This document shows positions 20,131-29,981 of a DNA stretch of 64,000 nucleotides, in pieces. Every line of letters begins with the position of its first letter. Positions within the stretch are counted from its first letter, which is position 1. The notes beneath the pieces are model-generated. The model made no database searches, was not told the origin of the DNA, and worked only from the letters and a program-made list of their open reading frames with translations. This stretch comes from an uncultured delta proteobacterium (GTDB lineage: Bacteria > Myxococcota > Myxococcia > SLRQ01). Where the stretch lies: the NCBI GenBank assembly GCA_963727485.1, contig CAVSGM010000001.1, positions 384,001 through 448,000 on the forward strand, written 5' to 3'. A program made the translations under genes and the position numbers.

Positions 20131-21213
20131 CTACAGGCGCTTCACCCAGATGTTCATGTCCTCGTACTCGCCGTAGATGTCGCAGTTGTTCACCAGCCGG
20201 CCGCTGAACTCGTAGCCCAACCGGTGGAACACGCGGTTCATGCCGCCGCTCTGGGCCCGCGCCAGGGTGTAGCCGGTCATGATCCCGCGCTCCCGCAGGT
20301 CGTCCTCGAGGTTCAGGAGGATATGGTACATCAGCCCCTTGCCCCGCTCCGAGGGCTTGGTGGCGCAGTCGGTCATCTCGGCGTTGGAGTGCTTCGTGTC
20401 GATCTCGGCGCTGGCGGCGCTGACCACCTGCCCCTTCTCGTTCTTCACCGCCCGGTAGACCACGTTGCGCTCCATGGTCTGGAGGATGTAGTCCGGGTGG
20501 GTCAGGGGGCTGGGGTAGGTCTTGAACACCCGGCGGTAGAGGGCGACGAGGCCGGGGATGTCCTCGGGGCGGGCGAGGCCCATGGTGTAGCCGGCGGGGA
20601 GCGACGAGGGGGTGTACTCCCGGGAGCCCTTCATCAGGGTCTCGATGAGGTTGCTCTCCTCGATGAGGTGGGGGCTGGTGATCCGCGCCACCGAGCGGAA
20701 CTTGCTGATCACGTAGGCGTCCTCGCCGTGGAAGTAGTAGCGGAGGATGCCCTCGAGCATGTAGCCGAAGCCCAGGAAGCGCTGCCAGTCGTCCTTGTTG
20801 GCCTTGATGAAGACCTTGTCGAAGCCGTTGGCCTCGGCCAGCCACTCGAGGCGGGCGGCCAGCGCCCGGTGGTCGGTGGCCTCGTAGTCGAGGACCTTGA
20901 GGCGGCGGCTGTAGTAGTCGAAGAAGATCCGCACCTGGTAGCCGTCGCCCTCGACCTCGAAGTCGAGGCCGTAGAGCTGGCCCACCACCGTGGTCTTCAC
21001 GCCCTTGTCGAGGGTGAGGCGGATGAGGCCCATGCGCTTGTCGGTGGGCTTGACCGAGGCCCACTCGCCCACCGGGGCCTCGGGGGCGCCGGCCTTCGGC
21101 GCCGGGATCGCGGCCTTGGCCGGGGACGCGGGGGACGCGACGGCGTCCTTCTTCTTGGGGGGGCGCTTCACCTTGGCGGTCTTCTCGCCCGAGGCGGCGT
21201 TGGGGGTGGTCAT
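20131..21213 (-). CDS. ablB: Putative beta-lysine N-acetyltransferase (AblB/YodP family GNAT)
   Basis: Real start MTTPNAA. Motifs GFDKVFIKA, LYRRVFKTYPSP, AEMTDCAT...RGKGLM, YTLARA.S.GMN and GRLVNNCDIYGEYEDMNIWVK. Confidence 0.85.
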   Translation of the reverse strand: MTTPNAASGEKTAKVKRPPKKKDAVASPASPAKAAIPAPKAGAPEAPVGEWASVKPTDKRMGLIRLTLDKGVKTTVVGQLYGLDFEVEGDGYQVRIFFDYYSRRLKVLDYEATDHRALAARLEWLAEANGFDKVFIKANKDDWQRFLGFGYMLEGILRYYFHGEDAYVISKFRSVARITSPHLIEESNLIETLMKGSREYTPSSLPAGYTMGLARPEDIPGLVALYRRVFKTYPSPLTHPDYILQTMERNVVYRAVKNEKGQVVSAASAEIDTKHSNAEMTDCATKPSERGKGLMYHILLNLEDDLRERGIMTGYTLARAQSGGMNRVFHRLGYEFSGRLVNNCDIYGEYEDMNIWVKRL

Positions 21214-21683
21214 GGGGACTCCGTGGCTGGGGGCGGCGTCTCGAGCATCTCCACGAGACGAAGGAGCGCACCGTCGAGGGCCGCCCGCTCCTCGGGGGGC
21301 AGGGCGGCGAGGCGCGCGAGGAGCCGGGCTTCGAGGGGCAGGGGCGTGGCCCCCGCGAGGTTCAGCCCGGCGTCGGTGAGGGTGACGTTGACCCGGCGCC
21401 GATCCACGGCGTCGCGGGTGCGGGTGACGAGGCCGCGGGCCTCGAGGCGGTCGACGATGCCGGTGACCGTGGCCTGGGTGGAGGCCATCTCCCGGGCGAG
21501 GGCCCCGGGGGTGAGGGGCCGGCGGATCAGCGCCCGGAGACACAGGGCCTGGGCGGGGCTCAGGCGGTCCACCGCCCGGGAGAGGCGGCGGAGCTCCCGG
21601 AGGATGCGCGCCTCGCAGGTCAGCTCGGGGGCCGGGTCCGGCGCCGGCGTCGCGGCCGGGTCTGGGATCGGGGTCGTGGACAT
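21210..21683 (-). CDS. MarR family transcriptional regulator (EctR/CosR-like)
   Basis: QALCLRAL...LAREMASTQATVTGIVDRLEARGLVTRTRDAVDRRRVNVTLTDAG. Confidence 0.92.
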   Translation of the reverse strand: MSTTPIPDPAATPAPDPAPELTCEARILRELRRLSRAVDRLSPAQALCLRALIRRPLTPGALAREMASTQATVTGIVDRLEARGLVTRTRDAVDRRRVNVTLTDAGLNLAGATPLPLEARLLARLAALPPEERAALDGALLRLVEMLETPPPATESP

Positions 21684-21691
21684 CGTTAGGA

Positions 21692-21723
21692 CGCGAATAT
21701 TTAGCTTCCAAAGTATTTTCGCG
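21692..21723. promoter_or_regulatory. AT-rich imperfect palindrome, probable MarR operator/promoter
   Basis: AATATTTAGCTTCCAAAGTATT (14 of 22 positions self-complementary) within CGCGAA...TTCGCG, immediately upstream of marR. Confidence 0.6.
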
Positions 21724-21749
21724 CAACCCCCCTGTCTCCACCCGGTGCG

Positions 21750-22628
21750 CTAAGCCTGCGCCCGAGGGGCCTCCAGGGGTGCAGGGCGGTCGCCCTTCGG
21801 CGCCGGGGGACGGGGGCGTTTCCCCGCCCAGGGCGGCTCGAAGGCCGCGGGATCGGCGCAGTACGCGGTGATGGCCCGGGCGAGGCGGGCGGCGTGGAAG
21901 CCGTCGAGGTAGCGGTGGTCGAGGCTGGCGGCGAGCGGCAGGATCGGCCGGGCGACGATGGCGTTGCCCAGGACCACCGGCCGGCGCCGGACCTCGCCCA
22001 CCAGGATCAGCAGCGGCACCCGGTAGAGCGGCGAGAGGGGCGCGTAGGCGTGGGTGATCCCGAACATCCCCACGCTCGAGACCATGGCGCTCCCGAAGGG
22101 CCGGCGGGGCAGCCCGAGGAAGCCCAGGTCGAGCTCGAGGTCGCCGGCGAGCCAGGCCAGGAGGCGGAGCACCGGCTTGAGCAGGAAGCGCGGGAGCCGG
22201 TCCATGGTGCCCTTGGAGCGCCCGAACTCCGGGTCCCCGCCGGTGTGGATGCGCTCGGTGCGCTCGGCGAGCTCGGTGGCGATGGTCGCCACCGGCTTCC
22301 CGTCGGCGGACACCACCTTCACGCCGGACAGGTCCACGCCCCCGCCGGTGGAGACGATGAAGAAGATGTCCACCGTCCGGTTCTGGACGAAGCGCCCGAG
22401 GCGCAGGTGGCCGTTCAGGTCCGGGTGCTCGGCGAAGGCGTGGGCCATGGCCTTGCCCACCAGGTGGGTGAGGGTGAGGTGGACCCCGTGGGCCCGGGCG
22501 TCCTCGATGAAGGCGAGCATCGCGGTGGCGTCGACCTCGAGGTCGCCGAAGATCTGTGGGTCCGGCGGCTGGCCCCAGGTGGAGACCGAGACCTTGCGCC
22601 AGCCCCGGATGGCGAGGCTGCGGGACAT
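21750..22628 (-). CDS. Stand-alone 2-oxo-acid dehydrogenase acyltransferase (E2 catalytic domain only)
   Basis: Start MSRSLAIRG; GSAMVSSVGMFG and catalytic LDHRYLDG; no lipoyl domain. Confidence 0.85.
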   Translation of the reverse strand: MSRSLAIRGWRKVSVSTWGQPPDPQIFGDLEVDATAMLAFIEDARAHGVHLTLTHLVGKAMAHAFAEHPDLNGHLRLGRFVQNRTVDIFFIVSTGGGVDLSGVKVVSADGKPVATIATELAERTERIHTGGDPEFGRSKGTMDRLPRFLLKPVLRLLAWLAGDLELDLGFLGLPRRPFGSAMVSSVGMFGITHAYAPLSPLYRVPLLILVGEVRRRPVVLGNAIVARPILPLAASLDHRYLDGFHAARLARAITAYCADPAAFEPPWAGKRPRPPAPKGDRPAPLEAPRAQA

Positions 22629-22736
22629 GACGCCCGATCCAACAGCATCAGGCGTGCCGGCGCCGCCTTGCCCCCCGGCGGGCCCGGGAGCACCCTGCCC
22701 CCCATCGCCGCCGCGCCGGCGGTCGGGAGAGCCCCC

Positions 22737-23384
22737 ATGCACCGCGTCCTCGAGCCCGAGCTGATGGACGACGAGGCCCAGTGCGAGGCCTACGCCGCCG
22801 CCGACTTCGCCGCCTCCAACCAGGCCTTCGTCGACCGCCTCCTCGGCGCCTTCCCCGCGCTCGCCGGCCGGGTCCTGGATCTCGGCTGCGGCCCCGCGGA
22901 CATCCCCAGGCGCCTGCTTTTCGCCCGCCCGGGGCTCCAGGTCACCGCCGTGGACGCCTCGGGGCCCATGCTCGCCCTCGGCCGAGCGGCGCTGGCCGCC
23001 GACGGGGTCGAAGGCCGCGCCACCCTGGTGGAGGCCAGGCTCCCGGCGCCCGGGATCCCCGGGGCCCCCTTCGACGCGGTGCTGTCCAACAGCCTCCTCC
23101 ACCACCTCCCGGACCCGGCGGTGCTCTGGTCCGAGGTGCGCCGCCTCGGCCGCCCCGGGGCGCCGGTCTTCGTCGCCGACCTCCGGCGCCCCGGCACCGA
23201 CGCCGAGGTCCGCCGGCTCGTCGCCACCTACGCCGCGGGCGACCCCGAGGTCCTCCGCCGGGACTTCGAGGCCTCGCTCCGGGCGGCGTTCACCGTGGAC
23301 GAGGTCCGGGCCCAGGTGGCGGGCACCGGCCTGACGGTCGAGCCCATCGGCGACCGCTACCTCCAGGTCACCGGAAGGCGCTGA
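22737..23384 (+). CDS. Class I SAM-dependent methyltransferase
   Basis: MHRVLEPELMDD...VLDLGCGPAD...SNSLLHHL...DLRRP. Confidence 0.9.
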   Translation: MHRVLEPELMDDEAQCEAYAAADFAASNQAFVDRLLGAFPALAGRVLDLGCGPADIPRRLLFARPGLQVTAVDASGPMLALGRAALAADGVEGRATLVEARLPAPGIPGAPFDAVLSNSLLHHLPDPAVLWSEVRRLGRPGAPVFVADLRRPGTDAEVRRLVATYAAGDPEVLRRDFEASLRAAFTVDEVRAQVAGTGLTVEPIGDRYLQVTGRR

Positions 23385-23394
23385 CCGCCCCGCG

Positions 23395-24825
23395 TCAGTT
23401 GCAGGCGTTCGCCGGGGTGCAGCGGGAGCCCTGGATCCCCTGCTCGTTGTGCACGTAGCGGCACACCCAGCCGCCCGTGCAGCCGGTGCCGCCGGCGGGG
23501 TCGGAGCACAGGTCCCCGCACTCGGCGGTGGGCATCCGCACGAAGCCCTGGGGACACTGGACCTCGGCCACGCACCAGCTCGGCCCGCAGGTCCAGTTGT
23601 GGTTCGGGGGGTTGCCGCAGTCGCCGCTGGCGGTGCAGCTCGCCCCCTGGGCGAGGCAGAGGCACTGCTCGTAGGTGGGGCTCGAGGCCGAGGTGTCGCA
23701 GTGGAGGTTCGGCGCCGGACAGTCGCCGTCGCTCCGGCACTGGACGCACTGGCCCTGGCCGTTGTTGGCGAGCAGGTCGCAGACGGGGTCGCTCTTGGGG
23801 CAGGTCGCCGACCCGTTGCACCCGGCGACGCAGTGGCCGGTGGGATCGCAGATCTGCCCCAGGGCGCAGTCGGGCTGGCCGAGGCACTGGACGCACTGGC
23901 CGAAGCTCCCCCGGCCCTCGTCGCACTTGGTGTTCACCGTGTCGCCGGGGGGCGGGCACCTCGCGTTGTCGTGGGCGGCGTCGGCGCACCCGGCCACGCA
24001 GGTGTGGCCCGAGGGGTCGCAGACCTGGCCCTGGTTGCAGGTGGTGTCGTCGAGGCAGTCGACGCAGGTGTTGCTGGACAGGTCGCAGACCTGGGTCCCG
24101 CACTGGCCGTCCCGGACGCACTGCACGCACAGCTGGGTGCTCGGGTCGCACACCGGCTGGCCGGGGCTGGTGCAGTCCTGGGCCTCGGTGGTCACGGTGC
24201 ACTGGACGCAGCGGCCGGGGTCGGTGCCCGGGCGGTCGCAGTGGGTGGAGATGTCGCAGTCCGAGTCGTTGAGGCACCCGGGCTGGCAGGTGTTGGGGTT
24301 CGAGACGCCGGCGGCGAGGGCGCAGTAGTTCCCGGCGCTGCACTGGCCGGCGACGGTGCAGGCGACGCACTGGCCGGTGGCCTGGTTGCAGTGGAGCCGG
24401 GTGGGGTCGTTGCAGTCGGTGTCGAAGGTGCACTCGGCGCAGTAGCCCAGCGCGTTGTTGCAGACCTCGGGGCTGGCGCAGTCGGCGTTGGTGACGCAGC
24501 TCTCCACGCAGAGCTGGGTGTTCGGGTCGCAGGTGAACCCGCCGCCGCAGTCCGAGCTCGACTGGCAGCGCTGCTGACCCGAGGCCACGCAGCTACCGTC
24601 CTTGCCGCAGAACTGGTGGGCCGGGCAGGTCCCGGCGGTGCACCCGCCCCCGGTCTGCTTGGGGGCGCACACGCCCTGGGTGCAGGTGTAGGTCGAGGGG
24701 CAGTCCTTGGACGAGGCGCAGGCGACGCCGGCGTCGGTGCCGCCGGAGGTGCCGGTGCCCGAGGCGCAGGCGACGGGGAGGAGCACCAGGGCGAGGGGCC
24801 AGAGGGGCAGGAGGCGGCGGATCAT
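23395..24825 (-). CDS. Cysteine-rich repeat surface lipoprotein
   Basis: Lipobox LPVAC; tandem C-x4/5-C-x5-C-x5/6-C units (CVQC..DC..CD..C); 69 Cys by manual count. Confidence 0.85.
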   Translation of the reverse strand: MIRRLLPLWPLALVLLPVACASGTGTSGGTDAGVACASSKDCPSTYTCTQGVCAPKQTGGGCTAGTCPAHQFCGKDGSCVASGQQRCQSSSDCGGGFTCDPNTQLCVESCVTNADCASPEVCNNALGYCAECTFDTDCNDPTRLHCNQATGQCVACTVAGQCSAGNYCALAAGVSNPNTCQPGCLNDSDCDISTHCDRPGTDPGRCVQCTVTTEAQDCTSPGQPVCDPSTQLCVQCVRDGQCGTQVCDLSSNTCVDCLDDTTCNQGQVCDPSGHTCVAGCADAAHDNARCPPPGDTVNTKCDEGRGSFGQCVQCLGQPDCALGQICDPTGHCVAGCNGSATCPKSDPVCDLLANNGQGQCVQCRSDGDCPAPNLHCDTSASSPTYEQCLCLAQGASCTASGDCGNPPNHNWTCGPSWCVAEVQCPQGFVRMPTAECGDLCSDPAGGTGCTGGWVCRYVHNEQGIQGSRCTPANACN

Positions 24826-24908
24826 CCCCCCGAGGCTACCACGCCTGGGGGCCCCCCGGGAGGCGCCGCGGCTTGTCTTCCTGGGGTCCGGTGACGCATA
24901 AGGGCCCC

Positions 24909-26049
24909 ATGAAGTCGGCCATCAAGGGCATCGGCGCGCGACACTTCGCCGAGGAGGGGGCGGCGCCCCCCGCCGGGGGCCCGGCGCGCCCGCCGAAGGT
25001 CGACGCCCTCTCGCCGCTGCGCCTGGGGAACCTCGAGATCCCGGGCCGCTTCTTCCTGGCGCCGCTGGCCGGGGTCAGCGACTGGCCCTTCCGGGTGCTC
25101 GCCCGCAAGGAGGGCGCCCCCCTCGCCTACACCGAGATGGTCTCCTCCGAGGGCCTCGCCCGGGGCGGCGTGAGGACCCACAAGTACCTGGAGCGCGGCG
25201 AGGGCGAGTGGCCGTTCGCGGTGCAGATCTTCGGGAGCGATCCGGAGACCATGGGCCGGGCCGCGGCGATGGTGGAGGAGATCGGCGGCGACCTGGTCGA
25301 CGTGAACATGGGCTGCCCGGTGAAGAAGGTCTGCCGGACCGGCTCCGGGGCGGCGCTCCTCCAGGACCCGAAGCAGGTCGAGGCCATCGTGAAGGCCATG
25401 GTCGCGAAGGTCACCATCCCGGTGCAGATCAAGGTGCGCACCGGCTGGGACGCCGACTCGGTGAACGCGGTCGAGGTGGCGAAGGCGGCGGAGCAGGCCG
25501 GGGCCGCGGCCATCGTCATCCACGGCCGCACCCGGGCCCAGGCCTACGAGGGCGTCGCCGACTGGGAGGTCATCGCCCGGGTGAAGCAGGCGTGCGCCCG
25601 CCTCAAGGTGGTGGGCAACGGCGACATCGTCACCGCCGAGGACGCCCTGTGGCGACTCGAGGAGACCGGGGTCGACGCGGTGATGATCGGCCGCGGCGCC
25701 TGCGGCTACCCCTGCGATCTTCCGGGAGATCCGCGCCCTGGCGGCGGGCGAGCCCCTGCCCCCGCCGCCGACCTACGCCGAGTGGCGGGGCCTCATCCGC
25801 GCCCACCTCGACAACCTGGTCACCTACCGCGGCGGCGACACCGGCCGGGCGGTGCGCGAGTTCCGAAAGCACCTGGTGTGGTACAGCCGCGGCCGTCGGG
25901 GGGCGGCGGGCTTCCGCGCCGAGCTCCCGGACCTCACCACCGTCGACGACGTCGAGCGCTGCCTCGACCGGCACTTCCCCGAGGCCGACCACGTGGTCGA
26001 CCGCCGCGCCGAGCTCATCACCGGGCCCCTGTCCCGGGCCTGGGGCTGA
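24909..26049 (+). CDS. dusB: tRNA-dihydrouridine synthase DusB (frameshift near 25715)
   Basis: LAPLAGVSD, YTEMV, DVNMGCP, GSGAALL, HGRT, GNGDI and MIGRG motifs; the C-terminus (PWIFR...RKHLVWY) continues in another frame. Confidence 0.9.
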
Positions 26050-26051
26050 CG

Positions 26052-27053
26052 GTGGCCGGGGCCGACGCGGTCCTCGAGGCCCTCCCCGACGGGGTGGTGG
26101 TGGTCGACGCCGAGGGGACGGTGACCCGGGTCAACGCCGCCGCCGAGGACCTCCTGGGCTCGCTCACCGGCCGGGCGCTGGCCCACGCCGGGCCCCCGGG
26201 GGCGGCGCTCGCGGCCCTGGCCACCCGGGCCGCCGGCGGCGATGCCCGGATGACCCTGGGGCTCGCCTCCGGCCCGGTGGAGGTCCGCGCCGCGCCCCTG
26301 GAGGAGGGCGGCCGGGTCCTGGTGCTCCGACCCCCGGGGCGCTTCGCGGGCCTCGCCGAGGACGAGGCCGAGCTCGCCCGGGTCACCGCCCTGGCCGCGG
26401 GCCTCGCCCACGAGATCAAGAACCCCCTGGCCGGCCTCAAGGGCGCCGCCGACCTCCTCGCCCGGGAGGCCGGCGACAGCCCCCTGGCCGACTACGGCAA
26501 GGTCATCGCCCGGGAGGCCGCCCGCCTCGACGACCTGGTGCGCGGGCTCCTCGATCTCGCCCGGCCCAGGCCCCCGGCGAGGCGCCCGGTGGACCTCCAC
26601 GTCCTCCTCGACGAGGTGCTCCTCCTCGCCACCGCCGAGGCCCCGGGGATCACCGTGGTCCGCCGCTACAATCCCTCGCTCCCGGCGCTCCCCGGCGACC
26701 GGGACCAGCTGGTGCAGGTGCTCTTGAACCTCCTCAACAACGCGGTGGAGGCCATGGCCGGCGACCGGGGCACCCTCACCGTCGCCACCGGCCTCGCCCT
26801 GGGCCTCGCCACCGGCAGCGCCGCGACCGGCCGAAGGACCATGGCCCAGGTGGTGGTCGAGGACGAGGGCCCGGGCTTCGCTCCCGAGGTCCTCGACCGG
26901 CCCTTCACCCCGTTTCTCACCACCAAGGCCTCGGGCACCGGCCTCGGCCTCGCCCTCGCCCGGCGCCTCACCGAGGCCCACGGCGGGCTCCTCGAGCTCG
27001 CCCAGCGCCCGGGTGGGGGCGCCCGGGTGCGGGTGCTCCTCCCGGTGGTATAG
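26052..27053 (+). CDS. PAS-histidine kinase, NtrB/GlnL-like
   Basis: LAHEIKNPLAGLKGAA H-box, QVLLNLLNNA, DEGPG, PFLTTKASGTGLGL; lies downstream of dusB. Confidence 0.88.
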   Translation: MAGADAVLEALPDGVVVVDAEGTVTRVNAAAEDLLGSLTGRALAHAGPPGAALAALATRAAGGDARMTLGLASGPVEVRAAPLEEGGRVLVLRPPGRFAGLAEDEAELARVTALAAGLAHEIKNPLAGLKGAADLLAREAGDSPLADYGKVIAREAARLDDLVRGLLDLARPRPPARRPVDLHVLLDEVLLLATAEAPGITVVRRYNPSLPALPGDRDQLVQVLLNLLNNAVEAMAGDRGTLTVATGLALGLATGSAATGRRTMAQVVVEDEGPGFAPEVLDRPFTPFLTTKASGTGLGLALARRLTEAHGGLLELAQRPGGGARVRVLLPVV

Positions 27054-27060
27054 AGGCCCC

Positions 27061-27537
27061 ATGGCTGCGCCCGACCCCGACAATCGCGAGGCCGCCTTCG
27101 AGGCCGCCGGCCGCCTCCTCGCCCACCGGGCCCGGTCGGTGGCCGAGCTCGAGAGCCGCCTCGCCCGGAAGGGCTTCGACGCCGGGACCGTGGCCGCGAC
27201 CCTCGCCCGCCTCGCCGATCTGCGCCTCCTCGACGACGCCGCCTTCGCCCGGGACCGGGCCGCCGGCCTGGCCCGCCGGGGGAGCGGCCCCAGGCTCATC
27301 CGGGCCCGCCTCGCCGCCGCCGGGATCACCGGGGAGGCCGCCCAGGCGGCCCTCGGGGCCGCCCTCGAGGACGGCGAGGACGCCCTGGCCCGGCGGACCC
27401 TGGGCCGGCGCTACGGGGACCTCTCCGAGGCCGACCGGGACACCCGCCGGAAGGCCGCGGCGTACCTGGTGCGCCGGGGCTTCTCCCCTAAGGTGGCCGG
27501 CCGCGTCGCGGGGGTGTTCTCCGACGGGGGGGCGTGA
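27061..27537 (+). CDS. recX: Regulatory protein RecX
   Basis: LLAHRARSVAEL..RL..KGF...LLDDAAFA...GPRLIRARL...YLVRRGFS. Confidence 0.88.
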   Translation: MAAPDPDNREAAFEAAGRLLAHRARSVAELESRLARKGFDAGTVAATLARLADLRLLDDAAFARDRAAGLARRGSGPRLIRARLAAAGITGEAAQAALGAALEDGEDALARRTLGRRYGDLSEADRDTRRKAAAYLVRRGFSPKVAGRVAGVFSDGGA

Positions 27538-27622
27538 TCCCCGACGGGGGGTGCAATCCCCGCCCGGGCGCCGGGCCCCCACTCGACGGGCGGCGAATGA
27601 AGTGCTAACCGTCCCGGTTCCC

Positions 27623-28549
27623 ATGACCATGAAGCGCCAGAGCCTCGTCTTCGTCGTAGCCGCCGCCCTGGCCGGCCCCGGGTGTGCCACCATCCACTGG
27701 CGGGGTGCCCAGCCCAAGGCGGGCACCCACACCTACCGGGACAAGGCCCACAACGCCTACCAGGACGCCATGAACGCCATGGACGCCCACGACTGGAAGG
27801 TGGCCCTGGACCGGCTGCGGAACGTCAAGGACCACTTCCCCTACTCCAAGTACGCGGCGCTGGCCGAGGTGCGCATCGGCGACGCCTTCTACGGCCAGGA
27901 CAAGTACCTGGAGGCCGCGGACGCCTACGCGCGCTTCGCCAAGGTCCGCCCGGGCAACCCCGAGGCCCCCTACGCCGCCTACCGCACCGGCGTGGCCTAC
28001 ATGCGCCAGGCGCCGTCGACCTTCTTCCTCTTCCCGCCGGCCTACGAGAAGGACCTCTCCGACGTGAGGAAGGCCATCGCGGCCCTCGAGGGCTTCCTCG
28101 ACACCTACCCCAGCAGCAAGTTCCGCCCGAAGGCCCAGAAGCTCCTCCAGACCGCCCGGGACCGGCTCATCGACCACGAGATGTACGTGGCCGACTTCTA
28201 CCGCCGGCACCACAAGTGGCGTGGGATGGCCTGGCGCCTCCAGGGGGTGCTGGCGAAGTACCCGGGGAAGGGCTACGACGCCCGGGCCAAGGTCGGCCTC
28301 GCCGACGCCTACCTCCACTACGACGAGCCCCGGGTCGCCGACGCCCGCAAGCTCCTGGCCGAGGTGCTCAAGGGGCACCCGTCGGCGGCGGTGAAGGCCC
28401 GGGCCGAGTCCCTGGAGAAGGACCTGGCCCAGGTGAAGACCGCCGCGCCCAAGGCCAAGGCCGCCGCCGCGCCCAAGGCCGCCAGCGCTGGCGACGCCCA
28501 CGGCGCCCCCTCGGCGCCCACCGCCGCGACCGGCGCCGGCGGCTCGTGA
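27623..28549 (+). CDS. bamD: Outer membrane protein assembly factor BamD
   Basis: Lipoprotein Cys; FPYSKYA, YPSSKF and HEMYVADFY motifs with TPR pattern. Confidence 0.9.
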   Translation: MTMKRQSLVFVVAAALAGPGCATIHWRGAQPKAGTHTYRDKAHNAYQDAMNAMDAHDWKVALDRLRNVKDHFPYSKYAALAEVRIGDAFYGQDKYLEAADAYARFAKVRPGNPEAPYAAYRTGVAYMRQAPSTFFLFPPAYEKDLSDVRKAIAALEGFLDTYPSSKFRPKAQKLLQTARDRLIDHEMYVADFYRRHHKWRGMAWRLQGVLAKYPGKGYDARAKVGLADAYLHYDEPRVADARKLLAEVLKGHPSAAVKARAESLEKDLAQVKTAAPKAKAAAAPKAASAGDAHGAPSAPTAATGAGGS

Positions 28550-29211
28550 CCCCGGCCCGGCGGCGCCGCGTCGCCTCGGCCCTCGCCACCGCCGCCCTCG
28601 CCACCGGCCTCGCCGGCTGCCACGACCTCGCGGCCCTGCTCACCGGACCCAAGGTCCAGGTGACCATGGCGCTGCGGGCCCTGGGGAAGCGCCCCCTCGA
28701 GGCCCCGGGCACCCGGCTCACCGCCCGCTTCGTCAGCGACACCGTCGAGGTCGACGGCCCCCACGCCATCGCCTACGCCCGGGGCGAGGTGAGCGGCACC
28801 TACCGGAAGGTGAAGACCGAGTGCGTGTGCATCGAGGCGGTCCACTTCGTGCGCCAGGGCGGCCGCTGGACCCCCGACGGCTTCCCGCTGCGGCGCCTGA
28901 AGGCGGTCTTCGACGCCCTCGACGCCCGTCAGCGCGCCTTCGAGCAGGGGGACGTGGCCGCCTACCTGGCGCTCGCCTCGCCCCGCTACCACGACGGTGA
29001 CACCGACCGCGCCGCCCTCGCCACCCGCCTGAAGGCCCTCTTCGCCAAGGGCCCGGGACCCCACGAGACCATCGTCGCCCGGGACCTCCGGGTGGAGCGG
29101 GATCGGGCCCTGGTCACCGAGACCTGGAAGATCGGCGCGCACCGGGGCCGGGCCCACTACACCCTGCGCCGGGAGGGCGACAACTGGCGCTTCACCACCG
29201 GGCTGCTGTAG
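28546..29211 (+). CDS. Hypothetical lipoprotein with an NTF2-like C-terminal domain
   Basis: GTG overlaps the bamD stop; lipobox LAGC; ends [15 protein letters not shown]. Confidence 0.7.
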   Translation: MTPARRRRVASALATAALATGLAGCHDLAALLTGPKVQVTMALRALGKRPLEAPGTRLTARFVSDTVEVDGPHAIAYARGEVSGTYRKVKTECVCIEAVHFVRQGGRWTPDGFPLRRLKAVFDALDARQRAFEQGDVAAYLALASPRYHDGDTDRAALATRLKALFAKGPGPHETIVARDLRVERDRALVTETWKIGAHRGRAHYTLRREGDNWRFTTGLL

Positions 29212-29222
29212 GTTTCCCTCGT

Positions 29223-29981
29223 ATGGACGACGGTCTCAAGCACCTCCTCGCCCTCGGCCGAGGCCACTACCAGCGCAAGGAGTACGCCCGGGCGGAGAAG
29301 TACCTGTCCCAGGTGGTCGAGCGCAGCCAGTCCTTCGCCGACGTCTACAACATGCTCGGGGTCATCTACCACGACCAGGGACAGTTCTCGAAGGCGCGCC
29401 GCGCCTTCGAGGCGGCGCTGCGTCTCAACCCCGGCTACACCGAGGCGGCGCTCAACCTGGCGGTGATCTACAACGACATGGGCCGCTACCAGGAGGCCAA
29501 GGAGGTCTACACCCGGGCCCTCCAGCGCTCGGCCTCCGCCCCCGGCGAGATGGACCCCTTCGTTCGCGGCAAGATCGCCAACATGTACGCCGACATCGGC
29601 GACGCCTTCGTCTCGAGCGCCATGTGGGACGACGCCATCCGCGAGTTCCGCAACGCCCTGGCGCTGTGCCCCGACTTCGTCGACATCCGGATGAAGCTCG
29701 CCGCGGCGCTCCGCGACAAGGGCGACAAGGACGAGGCCGTCGCCGAGCTCCGCCGGGTGGTGGAGACCAAGGACAGCTTCCTCCCCGGCCACATCGCCCT
29801 CGGCGTGGCCCTCTACTCCGCCGGGCAGCTCGACCAGGCGCTGGCCACCTGGGAGGCGGTCCTCGACCGCAGCCCCGGCAACCGCACCGCGGAGATGTAC
29901 CTCAACCTCGTGCGGCGCGGCGCCAGCCCCGACGAGGTCACCTCCGCCGGAAGCGACGGGGGCGAAGGCAGCGGGACGTGA
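29223..29981 (+). CDS. Tetratricopeptide repeat protein
   Basis: Repeated TPR motifs ([40 protein letters not shown]). Confidence 0.9.
   Translation: MDDGLKHLLALGRGHYQRKEYARAEKYLSQVVERSQSFADVYNMLGVIYHDQGQFSKARRAFEAALRLNPGYTEAALNLAVIYNDMGRYQEAKEVYTRALQRSASAPGEMDPFVRGKIANMYADIGDAFVSSAMWDDAIREFRNALALCPDFVDIRMKLAAALRDKGDKDEAVAELRRVVETKDSFLPGHIALGVALYSAGQLDQALATWEAVLDRSPGNRTAEMYLNLVRRGASPDEVTSAGSDGGEGSGT

Noticed and set aside
20131..21741. N-terminally extended 536-aa AblB (and likewise the 901-aa REC protein at 334..3039)
   Set aside because: The extensions are off-frame readings of the upstream marR and sppA genes.
24873..27053. Apparent DusB-histidine kinase fusion (726-aa ORF)
   Set aside because: An artefact of a 1-nt insertion near 25715. 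The true DusB C-terminus ends at 26049 in another frame and the kinase starts at about 26052.
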